Positions 48,978-58,813 of a DNA stretch of 64,000 bases are shown in pieces. Under the pieces are notes generated by a model. The model did not search any database. It was not told the DNA's origin and saw nothing but the letters and a program-made list of their open reading frames with translations. The stretch covers positions 448,001-512,000 of the forward strand of contig AP038806.1 of NCBI GenBank assembly GCA_047150005.1, written 5' to 3'. How positions within the stretch are numbered: the stretch's first letter is position 1; every line of letters begins with the position of its first letter. The translations under genes were made by a program, and so were the position numbers. The DNA comes from Nitrospira sp. (GTDB lineage Bacteria > Nitrospirota > Nitrospiria > Nitrospirales > Nitrospiraceae).

Positions 48978-50117
48978 TCACTTCCGATAGAAGCTGCCGA
49001 TGCCTTCGACGACCTCGGCCTGCTGTTCGGCGGTGAGCTCGGGGTAGATCGGAATCGCGATCGTTTCCCTCGCGGCGCGCTCAGACTCGGGGAAGTCGCC
49101 TTCCTTATAGCCCAGATACCGGAAACACTCCTGCAGGTGGAACGGCACCGGATAGTAAATCTCCGCGCCGATGCCCTTCTGCTTGAGATGCGCAATCAGA
49201 TCGTCCCGGCGTTCGACCCGCAGCACGAACTGATTGTAAATGTGGTAATGGGGCTTGCCCGACGTCTGATAGACGGCCTCGGGCAGCGTGATGGTGCCGT
49301 GCTCCACAAGGCCGGTTTGCCGGAACAGCGTCTCGTAGCGCCGCGCGTTTTCCTGCCGACGCTTGGTCCATCCGTCGAGATGGTTGAGCTTGACGTTCAG
49401 CACGGCGGCTTGGATGGTATCGATGCGGAAGTTTCCCCCGATCAGCTTGTGATAGTACTTGGGCTTGCTGCCGTGGACCCGCAACACTCTGAGCCGCTCG
49501 GCCAAGTCCGCGTCGTTGGTCACGACCATTCCCGCGTCACCGAGGCAACCGAGGTTCTTGCTCGGGAAGAACGACAGACAGCCGACCGTCCCGATACTGC
49601 CGGCACGCCGGCCGTCTTTGTATTCCGTGCCGATCGCCTGCGCGGCGTCTTCGATCACCGCAAGCTTGCGCCGTGCCGCCAGATCCATGATGGGGGCCAT
49701 GTCGGCCGACTGCCCGTAGAGATGCACGGGAATGAACGCCTTGGTCTTGGCTGTCACCGCGCGCTCGATCTTGTCGGGATGGATATTGAACGAGCGGGGC
49801 TCGATATCGACGAATACCGGCTTCGCGCCGAGCCGCACGATGGCTCCGGCCGTGGCGAAGAAGGAATAGGGTGTGGTCACCACCTCGTCGCCCGGACCGA
49901 CGCCGAGCGCCATCAGGGAAATGAGCAGCGCATCGGTGCCCGACGACACGCCGACCGCGGCCTTGGCCTGACAATAGGACGCGACCCGCTCCTCCAGTTT
50001 GGCCACCTCCGGCCCCAGGATAAACGCCTGGCTGCGGACCACCTGCTCCAGCACCGCCAAGATCTCCTTCTGCAGCGGCGCATGATGCGCCGCAAGATCG
50101 AGTAATGGAACGCCCAT
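48978..50117 (-). CDS. DegT/DnrJ/EryC1/StrS aminotransferase (WbpE-like)
   Basis: SSGTDAL, PVHLYGQ, EDAAQA and SFFPSKNLG motifs. Confidence 0.92.
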   Translation of the reverse strand: MGVPLLDLAAHHAPLQKEILAVLEQVVRSQAFILGPEVAKLEERVASYCQAKAAVGVSSGTDALLISLMALGVGPGDEVVTTPYSFFATAGAIVRLGAKPVFVDIEPRSFNIHPDKIERAVTAKTKAFIPVHLYGQSADMAPIMDLAARRKLAVIEDAAQAIGTEYKDGRRAGSIGTVGCLSFFPSKNLGCLGDAGMVVTNDADLAERLRVLRVHGSKPKYYHKLIGGNFRIDTIQAAVLNVKLNHLDGWTKRRQENARRYETLFRQTGLVEHGTITLPEAVYQTSGKPHYHIYNQFVLRVERRDDLIAHLKQKGIGAEIYYPVPFHLQECFRYLGYKEGDFPESERAARETIAIPIYPELTAEQQAEVVEGIGSFYRK

Positions 50118-51746
50118 TATGCCTTCCTTCCTGTTCGGTGAGCCTGCAGTCCCTTCGTCCCTTTGCACCCTTGCTGAATTTCTTCCCGCAGGTCCGGCAG
50201 ACGCCCTTGGAGCCCTTGAGCGCGAGCTTGACGCCGCAGGAACACATCCACCCCGTGACTCTCGCCGGGTTTCCCCTCACCAGCGCATGATCGGGCACGT
50301 CCTTGGTGACGACCGAGCCCGCGCCGATCAGGCGTAGCGGCCGATCGTGATGCCGCACAGAATGGTCGCGTTGGCCCCGATCGTGGCGCCCTGCTTGACC
50401 AGAGTCGAACGCAGCTCGTCCATCCGGGGAATTTCGCTGCGCGAGTTGAAGACGTTGGTGAAGACCATCGACGGGCCGCAGAACACGAAATCTTCCAACG
50501 TTACCCTTTCGTAGACCGAAACGTTGTTCTGGATCTTCACGCCGTTGCCGACCGTCACCTTGGGCCCCACGACCACATTCTGGCCGATCTTGCAGTTCTT
50601 GCCGATCCGGGATCCCTTGAGAACGTGGGAAAAATGCCAGATGCTCGTCCCCTCGCCGATGTCCGTCCCCTCGTCGATGCAGGCCGACTCGTGCGCGAAG
50701 AACGCCCGTTTCGGCGCGGAGGCCGCGGCCGGCTCCGGTTTGGTTTCGCGATGCGCTTCCTTTTCCAGGGCATCCTGGCAGCGCTGCAGCACCGAGAGGA
50801 CACGCAGCCCTTCCTCACCGTCGGTCCTGGGTTGGCGCCTGGCGGCGACGCAGTCGAGGAAATGCTCGCACTCCGTCCACAGCGGCTCGCTCGTCTCCAG
50901 TTCGACCGGACAGGCATCCGCCTTGTTCGCGACGGGCACCTGATTCTTCCAGTCGATCGAATGGGGATAGAGCGGGAGCCTATCCTTCTTTTCCATGTCG
51001 TCGAAGACCGCCATCTTGCGGTCGCCCACGATCACGAGCTTCTGCTCCTTGAAGGGATGCAGCCAGGACACGAAGATATGGGCCTTCACGCCGCTGGGAA
51101 AGGACAACATGCTGATCGTAACGTCCGCGATGTTTTGATGGAGGTAGTTACCCCTTTGCGCCCGGACGCTGTCGGGCATCTCGCCCAGCAATCCGAGGAT
51201 CACGGACAGGTCGTGCGGCGCGAAGGACCAGAGAATGTTTTCCTCGCGACGGATTTTCCCGAGGTTGAGCCGGTTCGAGTACACGTATTGGATGCGGCCG
51301 AGTTCGCCCGCACGGATCAACTCTTTCAGCTTCTGCACCGCCGGATGGTACCAGAGCAGATGCCCGACCATCAGGATGCGCTGTTTCGCCTTTGCCAGCT
51401 CCACCAATTCCCGTCCGGTGCGGACGTCGAGGCACAGCGGCTTCTCGACAAACACGTCCTTCCCGGCCAGCAGCGCCTCGCGGACAAGATCGCCAGGCGT
51501 TTCGGCCGGCGTGGCGATCGCGACGGCGCCGATGCTCCGGTCGCCGAGAATCTCCGAATAGGCGGTCACGACCTTGCGCGGCGCATAGTCGCGGCTCAGC
51601 GCGTCCAGCAACTCCCGGTTGCTGTTGCAGATCGCGTCCAGCGCGCCGACGGCATGGAAGTTCCGCACGAGATTCTTGCCCCAATAGCCGACCCCCACGA
51701 CAGCCACTTGCGGTGTTATGCCGGCGCGTGATGGTGCAATATTCAT
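50117..51746 (-). pseudogene. Gfo/Idh/MocA oxidoreductase fused to hexapeptide N-acetyltransferase (WbpB-WbpD), frameshifted near the C-terminus
   Basis: GVGYWG, VEKP, PHD, IWHFSH and KIQNNVSVY motifs. The frame stops at GRYA* and continues as [21 protein letters not shown] in another frame. An 8-bp duplication lies at 50149-50164. Confidence 0.8.
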
Positions 51747-51798
51747 CCTCACTCCTGGGTTCGAACGATGTTGACGGCGTCGCTTCGTATGCCCGCGC

Positions 51799-53004
51799 TC
51801 ATGCGCCAACTTTCATCAGGTCCACCACATAGCCTGCAAACGGCGCGGAGGAGGTAAAGGCCGGTGACACGGCATTGAGGACATGCGTGGACCGAGGCCC
51901 CGGCTCGACCACAAAATCGTTCAGCAGCTCCGTGGTCGCGGTATCGACTAATTGTGCGCGGATCCCCGGCTCTTTTCCCGGCAACAGATCGCGCAACTCA
52001 AACCCCACAGCCAGGCGCTCCGCCTCCCGGTAGAAACCGGAACGCGAGAGCTTCGCCAGTTCCTTCCAGGCGATGGATCGAAAATGGTCTCGGTTTCTGC
52101 CAAAAAGCCGGAGCAAATACGTGATCATGGCGAGGCCGTCCGCCACGTTCGCGCCGGCCAACCCACGGTATTGCTCTCGCCCGAGTAACGGCAACGCCGA
52201 CGGGCCGACCGTTACTTCTCCCTCGGGTCGGCGAGTGAAATGCACGCCCAAAAACGGATTCCTGAGGTCCGGTACGGGATAAATGTTTCCCCGCACCTTG
52301 ACCATCGATTCCCGCCTCAGGCGGTAAAACTGTCCCCGAAACGGAAGGATTCGATACTGCCGCCCCACGCCGAACTGATGAGCGATCTTGTCTGCATACA
52401 AGCCCGCGCAGTTGACGATATGCCCATAGGCGATGCGTCCATGAGAGGTGATCGCCACGTTGTTGTCCTCACACCCGTGCCAGGTGCAGCCTAACCGGAA
52501 TTCGACTCCGTCCTGCTTGGCGTCTTCAACCAGCGCGTCCATCACGCCCTGCGGATTCACGACGGCTGTGTCTTTCACGTACAGCGCCTGTTCAAACGTC
52601 CTCGCGCAGGGCTCAATGTCCTTGAGCGACCGGCCATCTATCAGCTCCGCACGAACACCGTTTGCCTCCGACCGTGCATGGAGCTCGCGCAGTGTCGGCA
52701 ATTCCTCAGCGCTCCGCGCAACAATGACTTTCCCGTTTTCGTTCAGGGGAATCTGTTTTCTCTTGCAATACTCACGCATCCGTCTGTTGCCTTCGACACA
52801 CAGACGGGCCTTCAGTGTTCCGGCCTTGTAATAGACACCTGCGTGAAGCACGCCGCTGTTTCTTCCACTGGCATGCAGCCCCATGGAGCGTTCCTTCTCA
52901 ACCACCATCACCTGGGCGCGATGGCGTCGACGTAGCTCCAGAGCAATCGACACACCGATGACTCCTCCGCCGATCACCACAAAGTCACATACTGCCGCGG
53001 CCAT
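51799..53004 (-). CDS. lhgO: L-2-hydroxyglutarate oxidase-like FAD-dependent oxidoreductase
   Basis: [37 protein letters not shown] and SPAFTS motifs. Confidence 0.85.
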   Translation of the reverse strand: MAAAVCDFVVIGGGVIGVSIALELRRRHRAQVMVVEKERSMGLHASGRNSGVLHAGVYYKAGTLKARLCVEGNRRMREYCKRKQIPLNENGKVIVARSAEELPTLRELHARSEANGVRAELIDGRSLKDIEPCARTFEQALYVKDTAVVNPQGVMDALVEDAKQDGVEFRLGCTWHGCEDNNVAITSHGRIAYGHIVNCAGLYADKIAHQFGVGRQYRILPFRGQFYRLRRESMVKVRGNIYPVPDLRNPFLGVHFTRRPEGEVTVGPSALPLLGREQYRGLAGANVADGLAMITYLLRLFGRNRDHFRSIAWKELAKLSRSGFYREAERLAVGFELRDLLPGKEPGIRAQLVDTATTELLNDFVVEPGPRSTHVLNAVSPAFTSSAPFAGYVVDLMKVGA

Positions 53005-53032
53005 CAGCCTAGCGACTCTCCATGCCGACCCA

Positions 53033-53563
53033 TTACGCGGGCACCACATCCTGGATGTCGATTTCCACGGCCGCAGCCTGCTGAATGAGGCGGACACCCA
53101 GGATGAGGCGATGCCGCTTTTCTTTGCGCAACAGTATTCCTCTGACGCCTGTGAGCGGACCGCGGATCACCTCGACCGTCATGCCCTCGTGCAGATAGGG
53201 ATGCGGATCGTAGGGCAATACGCTGGCCATCAAGGTTTGCAGCGCGCTGATCTCCTCGTCGGGAATCGGCTCCGGCTGGACGCCCCTGCCCACGATATCC
53301 ACGACGCCGACCGTCTTGAGCACCGGAAGCTTTTGCTCGGAGGCGAACCGCACGAAGCAGTATCCCGAGAACAGCGGTACCTCGATTTCCTTCTTGCGGT
53401 CCTTCCATTGGCTCAGGCGGCGGACCGTCGGCAGCAAGGGCTCGATGCCCTGCCCGTTGAGCTGATCGCGCACCAGCTTTTCATGACGCGACCTAGTGCG
53501 CAACGCGTACCAGCGGGACCGCCCCGCCCCGCGATTCGTCGCTCCGCTAGACGTGCGCGACAT
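53033..53563 (-). CDS. NusG-paralog transcription antiterminator (UpxY/RfaH type)
   Basis: WYALRTRSRHEK, PLFSGYCFV and KOW motif GPLTGVRG. Confidence 0.92.
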   Translation of the reverse strand: MSRTSSGATNRGAGRSRWYALRTRSRHEKLVRDQLNGQGIEPLLPTVRRLSQWKDRKKEIEVPLFSGYCFVRFASEQKLPVLKTVGVVDIVGRGVQPEPIPDEEISALQTLMASVLPYDPHPYLHEGMTVEVIRGPLTGVRGILLRKEKRHRLILGVRLIQQAAAVEIDIQDVVPA

Positions 53564-54167
53564 CCGCCTGCGCCTTTCTCTGAGACGTTAAGACCAGCCT
53601 CATCACCTTGTCGGGTGATACGCCGCACCCGATCAACCTCGCCTCGTGCACGGAGGCGCGGTCGAGGTCCGCGATCAGCACCTTGTCGAATTTCCATCGG
53701 CTGATCGCTTCCGGAAAGCAAACCGGATAGGAGAGGAACGACTCCCGCCGCTCGTCGTCGAGAAACCCCACGCACGTCCCGTCCATCTCGCGCAACGAGA
53801 GATAGGCCAGCTCGGCCAGCTCACCCGTGCCGAAAATGACGAATCGCTGTCCTCGAACCCCATCGGGCGCCGTCAACATTTCCTTCAACCGCGTCCTGAT
53901 GTCGCGGTAATACGACAAGGAAAAATCCATATATTGATAGGTGAGACGCGTTTTTTCGGCGAATCCCTGTGCGGTCAAGAGGTAGCGGATTTGATTACGC
54001 GGGATCGTCGCGATCTTGATGTAGCCCTTTCGGGTAAGACGCTTTAGATAAAGGTTGGTCAGACCTAAGGCGACACCGAGTTTGCTCGCTAAGCTACGCT
54101 GAGTCGCTCGGCCGTTACGGTCCAGCTCATTCAGCAGTAACAGCTCGCGTTGTCCCTGTAAGTCCAT
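53547..54167 (-). CDS. EPS-associated MarR-like winged-helix regulator with C-terminal Rossmann-like domain
   Basis: TQRSLASKLGVALGLTN.YLK, YLLT..G..EK and IFGTGELA motifs. Confidence 0.88.
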   Translation of the reverse strand: MDLQGQRELLLLNELDRNGRATQRSLASKLGVALGLTNLYLKRLTRKGYIKIATIPRNQIRYLLTAQGFAEKTRLTYQYMDFSLSYYRDIRTRLKEMLTAPDGVRGQRFVIFGTGELAELAYLSLREMDGTCVGFLDDERRESFLSYPVCFPEAISRWKFDKVLIADLDRASVHEARLIGCGVSPDKVMRLVLTSQRKAQADVAHV

Positions 54168-54193
54168 GAGTTATACGGTTAAATTGCCTTGGC

Positions 54194-54228
54194 GTTCACA
54201 ATATGAACAAAACGGGCAGACCTGTCAA
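54194..54228 (-). promoter_or_regulatory. Sigma70 promoter with overlapping inverted-repeat operator
   Basis: Minus strand TTGACA-N17-CATATT. GTTCA-N5-TGAAC at 54194-54208 overlaps the -10. Confidence 0.65.
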
Positions 54229-54486
54229 GCCGATTTCTGCCGGCCCGACCCCTTACGGCTTTCTCGGTTCCAAAGAAATGCGGGAGCTTTCGCTGGAATG
54301 CATCCTCTACGAGCTAGGTATGCCAGGAGAGTCAGTCTTCTGTCTCAAGGCGTACCGCGTCATCCCAGTGCCGTATCTCAGATGACCGGCGATCAACGCC
54401 ATGGGCCTGGCCCTCAAGCGATCGGAGAGAATCTGCGGGGTGCTGACGCTTGCCCATACTAACAGGGGCACGATTCTACGCATCCG

Positions 54487-55173
54487 TTACTCATGCCAGC
54501 CGATCACATACTCATCCCGAAGCTTTCGGAAAGAATCCTTTGACCCGAACAACCGATATAAAAAGAGGCGACGGATCCGAGATATCTTTTTCTTGAACGG
54601 AACGGCGCCGCTGGCTTCCCTCATCGACCGCTCCAACTCCACACGGAACCGTCCGGTTAGCGCCTCGATATTTTCCGGTGCAGCCTTGAATGCGATTCCA
54701 AAGACCACAAACGGGTTGTAGGAGAGCCCTTGATAGCCGACAATCTTGGTTGGAAAACGGTCGAGCAGTCTTGCAAAGGCCTCCGGAGTGAAGCGCCAAT
54801 AGTCGCTCGGGTACGCATGAATACCGCAATCCATGTGAGAGGTTACAATGAGGGCCCCCTTGTCCGACAGCACTCCTTCAGCCTCATGAAAAGCATCGAA
54901 TACACGAAAAATATGTTCAACCGTCGAGACCATGATGACTGTACCGATGGAGCCGTTCTTTATCCCCAAGCGTGTCGCATCCGCGACACAATCTACGCCA
55001 GGACCAGACGCAAAATCAGATCCAATATATTTTCTGCCAGGAAACAACGGCCGTAGATCCTGATAGGGGTTTCCACCCTCCTGAAGCTGATGAGATCCGA
55101 TTTCGAGAACCGGATCATGACAATCGAATATTTTCACGAACACCTGGACCAACAAGCGATCGAGCAGGGTCAC
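54487..55173 (-). CDS. SAM-dependent methyltransferase (type 11-like)
   Basis: VLEIGS, GPGVD, STVEH and HAYPSDYWRFT motifs; lower GC than neighbours. Confidence 0.82.
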   Translation of the reverse strand: MTLLDRLLVQVFVKIFDCHDPVLEIGSHQLQEGGNPYQDLRPLFPGRKYIGSDFASGPGVDCVADATRLGIKNGSIGTVIMVSTVEHIFRVFDAFHEAEGVLSDKGALIVTSHMDCGIHAYPSDYWRFTPEAFARLLDRFPTKIVGYQGLSYNPFVVFGIAFKAAPENIEALTGRFRVELERSMREASGAVPFKKKISRIRRLFLYRLFGSKDSFRKLRDEYVIGWHE

Positions 55174-55305
55174 TTAATCACCCCCCCTATGTTGTCCCAA
55201 ACATCCTTCCTGCCAACCCAAGAGAAAACCAGTATGGTCGAGGCACAGCAGTACGCATTGCGGCATCATAATTCAACAATGAGGTTGTCAGCGCAGAGCG
55301 CCATT

Positions 55306-56331
55306 CTACATCCTCTTATTCAATCGATCCACTGCCGACATGACCTCGTCAACCGAGATTAGCCTCATGCAATTCTGCTCTCCTCGATCACACGTCGGAT
55401 GAAAACAAGCACGGCAATCCAGTCCCTTGTACAGTACGGCCGCGGCGCCGCCGCGCGGCCCCCATTCCTTCGGGTCGGAGGGCCCGAACAGGGCGACGAT
55501 CGGCGTCCCGACCGCGGCAGCCACGTGCATGGCACCGCTGTCGTTTCCGACGAACAACGAGGCCCGCTTGAGCACCGCGGCATAGGTCCGCATGTCCGCC
55601 TGCCCGGCCAGATTGACCGGACGATCGGCGGCCGTACCGCAGATCCGCTCGGCAAGGTCGAATTCCTGCCGGCTTCCTCCGATCAGGACCTGATAGCCAT
55701 ACTGCTCTGCAAGCCGATCGGCCAGTGCGGCGAACCGCTCCCAAGGCCAGGCTTTGAACCAGTAGCGCGCACCTGGTTGCAACATGGCCAGCGGCTTCTT
55801 TTCGTCGACCCCCTGACGGGTTAATAAGTCCGCGGCGCGCCGCTCTTCCTCCGGGGCGAGCCAGAGGCGAGGCGTCGTGCGGTCGGCAACGATGTTCAAC
55901 GGAGCCAGCGACGCGAGATCCCGCTCGATACGATGCGACCCCGGTTCGCCGCGTACCACCACGGTATAACAGCGCCCGCGGAGGCGTCCTTCGTCGTTGA
56001 ATCCGACACGCACCGGTGCGCCGGTCATCCGGCTCAACCAGGCGGACCGATCCGCATCGGTCAAATCGATGACGAAATCGAATCGCCTCCGTCGAAGCTC
56101 GCGCAGGAAACGCCACTGGGCAAGGATCGCCCCTCGCTCGAGCGGCAGCACGTCGTCCACGTGCGGATTGCCGGCCAGCATGGCCTCGGTTCCCCGATTC
56201 ACCACCACGGTGAGCCTGGCCGAGGGATGGGCGGCCTTCAATGCTTCAAGAGTCGGCGTCGCCAGCAACACGTCTCCCAGATAGCGCAATTTGATGACGA
56301 GGATGTTGCGGGGCGACATAGTCACGGCCAT
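55306..56331 (-). CDS. rfaQ: GT9 LPS heptosyltransferase (RfaQ/heptosyltransferase III-like)
   Basis: KLRYLGDVLLATP, KAW, GNDSGAMHVA and LFGPS motifs. Confidence 0.8.
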   Translation of the reverse strand: MAVTMSPRNILVIKLRYLGDVLLATPTLEALKAAHPSARLTVVVNRGTEAMLAGNPHVDDVLPLERGAILAQWRFLRELRRRRFDFVIDLTDADRSAWLSRMTGAPVRVGFNDEGRLRGRCYTVVVRGEPGSHRIERDLASLAPLNIVADRTTPRLWLAPEEERRAADLLTRQGVDEKKPLAMLQPGARYWFKAWPWERFAALADRLAEQYGYQVLIGGSRQEFDLAERICGTAADRPVNLAGQADMRTYAAVLKRASLFVGNDSGAMHVAAAVGTPIVALFGPSDPKEWGPRGGAAAVLYKGLDCRACFHPTCDRGEQNCMRLISVDEVMSAVDRLNKRM

Positions 56332-56335
56332 GGTT

Positions 56336-56550
56336 TAGCCCGCATTATTCATGAAGGTTCGTGACGAAACGGCGGAGACGCCACGCGAGACGGGCGCGTG
56401 GAGCCCCAAGAGGCCGAGACGTACTTGAAACAGTACGTTGAGACCGCGCGGGGCGAGCCCGCCCGCCTGGCCGTGTACAAGCCACGGCCAGGCTTGTCGC
56501 AGCGGCGTATACGCAGTTGCAGTAGAATCTTTCATGAATGATGCGGGCTA
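56336..56550. mobile_element. MITE-like element with 20-bp terminal inverted repeats
   Basis: TAGCCCGCATTATTCATGAA ... TTCATGAATGATGCGGGCTA (19/20 match). TA at both ends, non-coding, internal ACGTACT-N6-AGTACGT hairpin. Confidence 0.8.
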
Positions 56551-57678
56551 GAAGACCCGTTCCCGACAGAGTCGCCGATACAAGTCCAACGTCTTGGCCG
56601 CAGCTGACCGCCAGGACAACTGCTTCACGCGCGCGAACCCCTTGGCCGTGAGCGAGGCTCGTAGCGACGCATCCTTCAACAGGGAGACCATCGCCTCTCC
56701 CAGCGAGCGGGCGTCCTCCGGATCGACCAGCAGCGCCGCATCGCCCGCCGCCTCGGCAACGCCGGTCGTGCGGGACGTGATGACGGGAGTCCCGCAGGCC
56801 ATCGCTTCGAGAACCGGCATGCCGAATCCCTCGTAGAGCGACGGAAAGACGAACTGGTCCGCGTAGGTATAGAGCAACCGGAGGTCCGCCCGGCCCAGGC
56901 GGCCGGGACAACAGACCTGAGCCGTGAGCCCATATTCCTTCGCCGACTCATGGTAGGAGCCGAACGCGTGATCGGTCGAGCCGACCAGCAGCAGGCTGTG
57001 CCCCTGCAACGGCCGCCGCATCAGGCTTGCCGCTTCGAGAAACCGCCGATGGTTCTTGCGCGGGTCCGCGCCCCCGATGAAGAGCAGATAGGGTTTGTCC
57101 GGGAGCCGGATTCTCGTCCGCAACTCGGCCATCGCCCGATCGTCCCGGCGCACCGCACAATCGTCGGCGACCCCGTTCGGAATCACGGCAAGCCGCTCAC
57201 GCGGCACCAGATAGAGTTCGCTCAGCTCGCGCGCGGAGAAATCCGATACCGTGACGACCATCCTGGCACGCCGCGCGGTGCGCCTGGCCTTCATCGAGGC
57301 CAGCCGCTGGCCCAGCACCTTGGTCGAGTATTGCGGAAACCGTTCCAGCCAGAGATCGTGAATCGTCACGATGCCTCCATGCCGCCCGACCGTGTGAAGC
57401 TTGAAATTGGTGCCATGATAGAGGTCCAGCCGGTCCAGCCATCCGCGCCACCGCATCGCCCACTTCGCCGATTCGACCCACGTGATCCGGCCTCCGGCCC
57501 GCCAGGACCGCACGTCTTCCGGAAGGACCGAACCGGGCCGCAGGTACCCGATAAACTCGACGTCATCTGAGCCGGTCAGCATGGCCTCCAGCAGATAGTA
57601 GGTGTGCCAGCCGACCCCGCCGCGGTCGCCGACGATGGGGCTCGCATCAATGCCGATCCGCACCCGGGCCTCCCCCAT
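56548..57678 (-). CDS. Glycosyltransferase family 4 (MtfB-like)
   Basis: IGIDA, TIHDL, PRKN and PSLYEGFGMPVLEAM motifs. Confidence 0.92.
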   Translation of the reverse strand: MGEARVRIGIDASPIVGDRGGVGWHTYYLLEAMLTGSDDVEFIGYLRPGSVLPEDVRSWRAGGRITWVESAKWAMRWRGWLDRLDLYHGTNFKLHTVGRHGGIVTIHDLWLERFPQYSTKVLGQRLASMKARRTARRARMVVTVSDFSARELSELYLVPRERLAVIPNGVADDCAVRRDDRAMAELRTRIRLPDKPYLLFIGGADPRKNHRRFLEAASLMRRPLQGHSLLLVGSTDHAFGSYHESAKEYGLTAQVCCPGRLGRADLRLLYTYADQFVFPSLYEGFGMPVLEAMACGTPVITSRTTGVAEAAGDAALLVDPEDARSLGEAMVSLLKDASLRASLTAKGFARVKQLSWRSAAAKTLDLYRRLCRERVF

Positions 57679-58813
57679 GTTCGGCTGCCGCTTCACGATA
57701 CAGCCGCTCGAGATCCGCAACCGTCCGGGCCAGATCGAAGCGCTCCCGCGCGCGGGAGCGCCCTTTCGCGCCCATCCGCGCGCGTCTCGCCTCATCTCGC
57801 AACAACTCGATGACCGCCTCCCGCAGCCGGTCCGGATCGCCCGGCGAGACCAAGAGTCCCGTCTCTCCATGTTCGACCACTTCCGGCACCCCGCCGGTTC
57901 TGGTCGCGATCACAGCCTTCCCGGCCGCCATGGCTTCGACCAGCGCGATGCCGAATCCTTCCATAAGAGCCGGATGCACGTAGAGGTCGAGCGCGTCGAG
58001 AAAGGGCCGGACCGGATTTTGAAACCCGACCATGTGAACCCGCTCGGCAATCCCCAGTCCAATGGCCAAGGCGCGCAGCGACCCGGCGTAGCCGGGCTCC
58101 GCGGTTCCGGCCAACAGATAATGAACGTCGGGATGAACCGCGAGAATGCCGGGGAGCGCCCGCAACATCACGTCGTACCCTTTACGCGGAAACAGATTGG
58201 CCGCCGTGCCGAGCAGCACAGCGGAGTCCGGAACGCCCAGCCGACGGCGGACCGCCGTTCTGTCCAATCGTCCGCTTGCTCCTGTCGCTTCGACCGGACG
58301 AGAGAAATCAATCCCGCTGTAGACCGTGCGCAGCCGCCGGGCTTCCACTCCACCGGCTCTCAGCGATGCGGCCACCTGATCGGAGATGGCGATGACCCGA
58401 TCGATCCGGTCGAGCTCGTAGCGGCGCACCTTATCAGGCTCGATCTCCTGGCGCACGTGGGCAACGACCGGCGGAGACACCACGGCCCCTCGGAGCGCGC
58501 CGAGCGTGTGCGGCACCCACCAGATGTCGTTGACGTGCACGAGAGCCGGGCGCAGGCGATCCACCACGTCGCGCAGCCGGCTCACGCTCCGCCACCGTAT
58601 GAGGGAAGAGAACCATTTTCGCCAGGGGACCAGTGCGAGCGGATGTACGGCGAGATCGGCCTGCTCCAGCAGGGCTCGGAAGGGTCCCTCCGGAGGACAG
58701 ACCACATGAGGGTCCCAGGCACGCCGATCGAGCCGAGCCAGAAACGCGAGCAAGTCGTGCTCCGCGCCGCCGACGGCGCCGACGCCGTGGATGTACAGAA
58801 TTCGCCGAGCCAC
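57647..58813 (-). CDS. Glycosyltransferase family 4
   Basis: GGAE, PRKGY and EGFGIALVEAM motifs; GTG start overlaps the upstream stop. Confidence 0.9.
   Translation of the reverse strand: MARRILYIHGVGAVGGAEHDLLAFLARLDRRAWDPHVVCPPEGPFRALLEQADLAVHPLALVPWRKWFSSLIRWRSVSRLRDVVDRLRPALVHVNDIWWVPHTLGALRGAVVSPPVVAHVRQEIEPDKVRRYELDRIDRVIAISDQVAASLRAGGVEARRLRTVYSGIDFSRPVEATGASGRLDRTAVRRRLGVPDSAVLLGTAANLFPRKGYDVMLRALPGILAVHPDVHYLLAGTAEPGYAGSLRALAIGLGIAERVHMVGFQNPVRPFLDALDLYVHPALMEGFGIALVEAMAAGKAVIATRTGGVPEVVEHGETGLLVSPGDPDRLREAVIELLRDEARRARMGAKGRSRARERFDLARTVADLERLYREAAAEHGGGPGADRH

Noticed and set aside
49537..50358. 273-aa minus-strand ORF as a separate gene
   Set aside because: Its start is the frameshifted tail of the WbpD domain, and the rest is off-frame overlap with the aminotransferase.
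54230..54486. Possible small RNA or ORF upstream of the regulator
   Set aside because: No convincing structure, RBS or motif visible.
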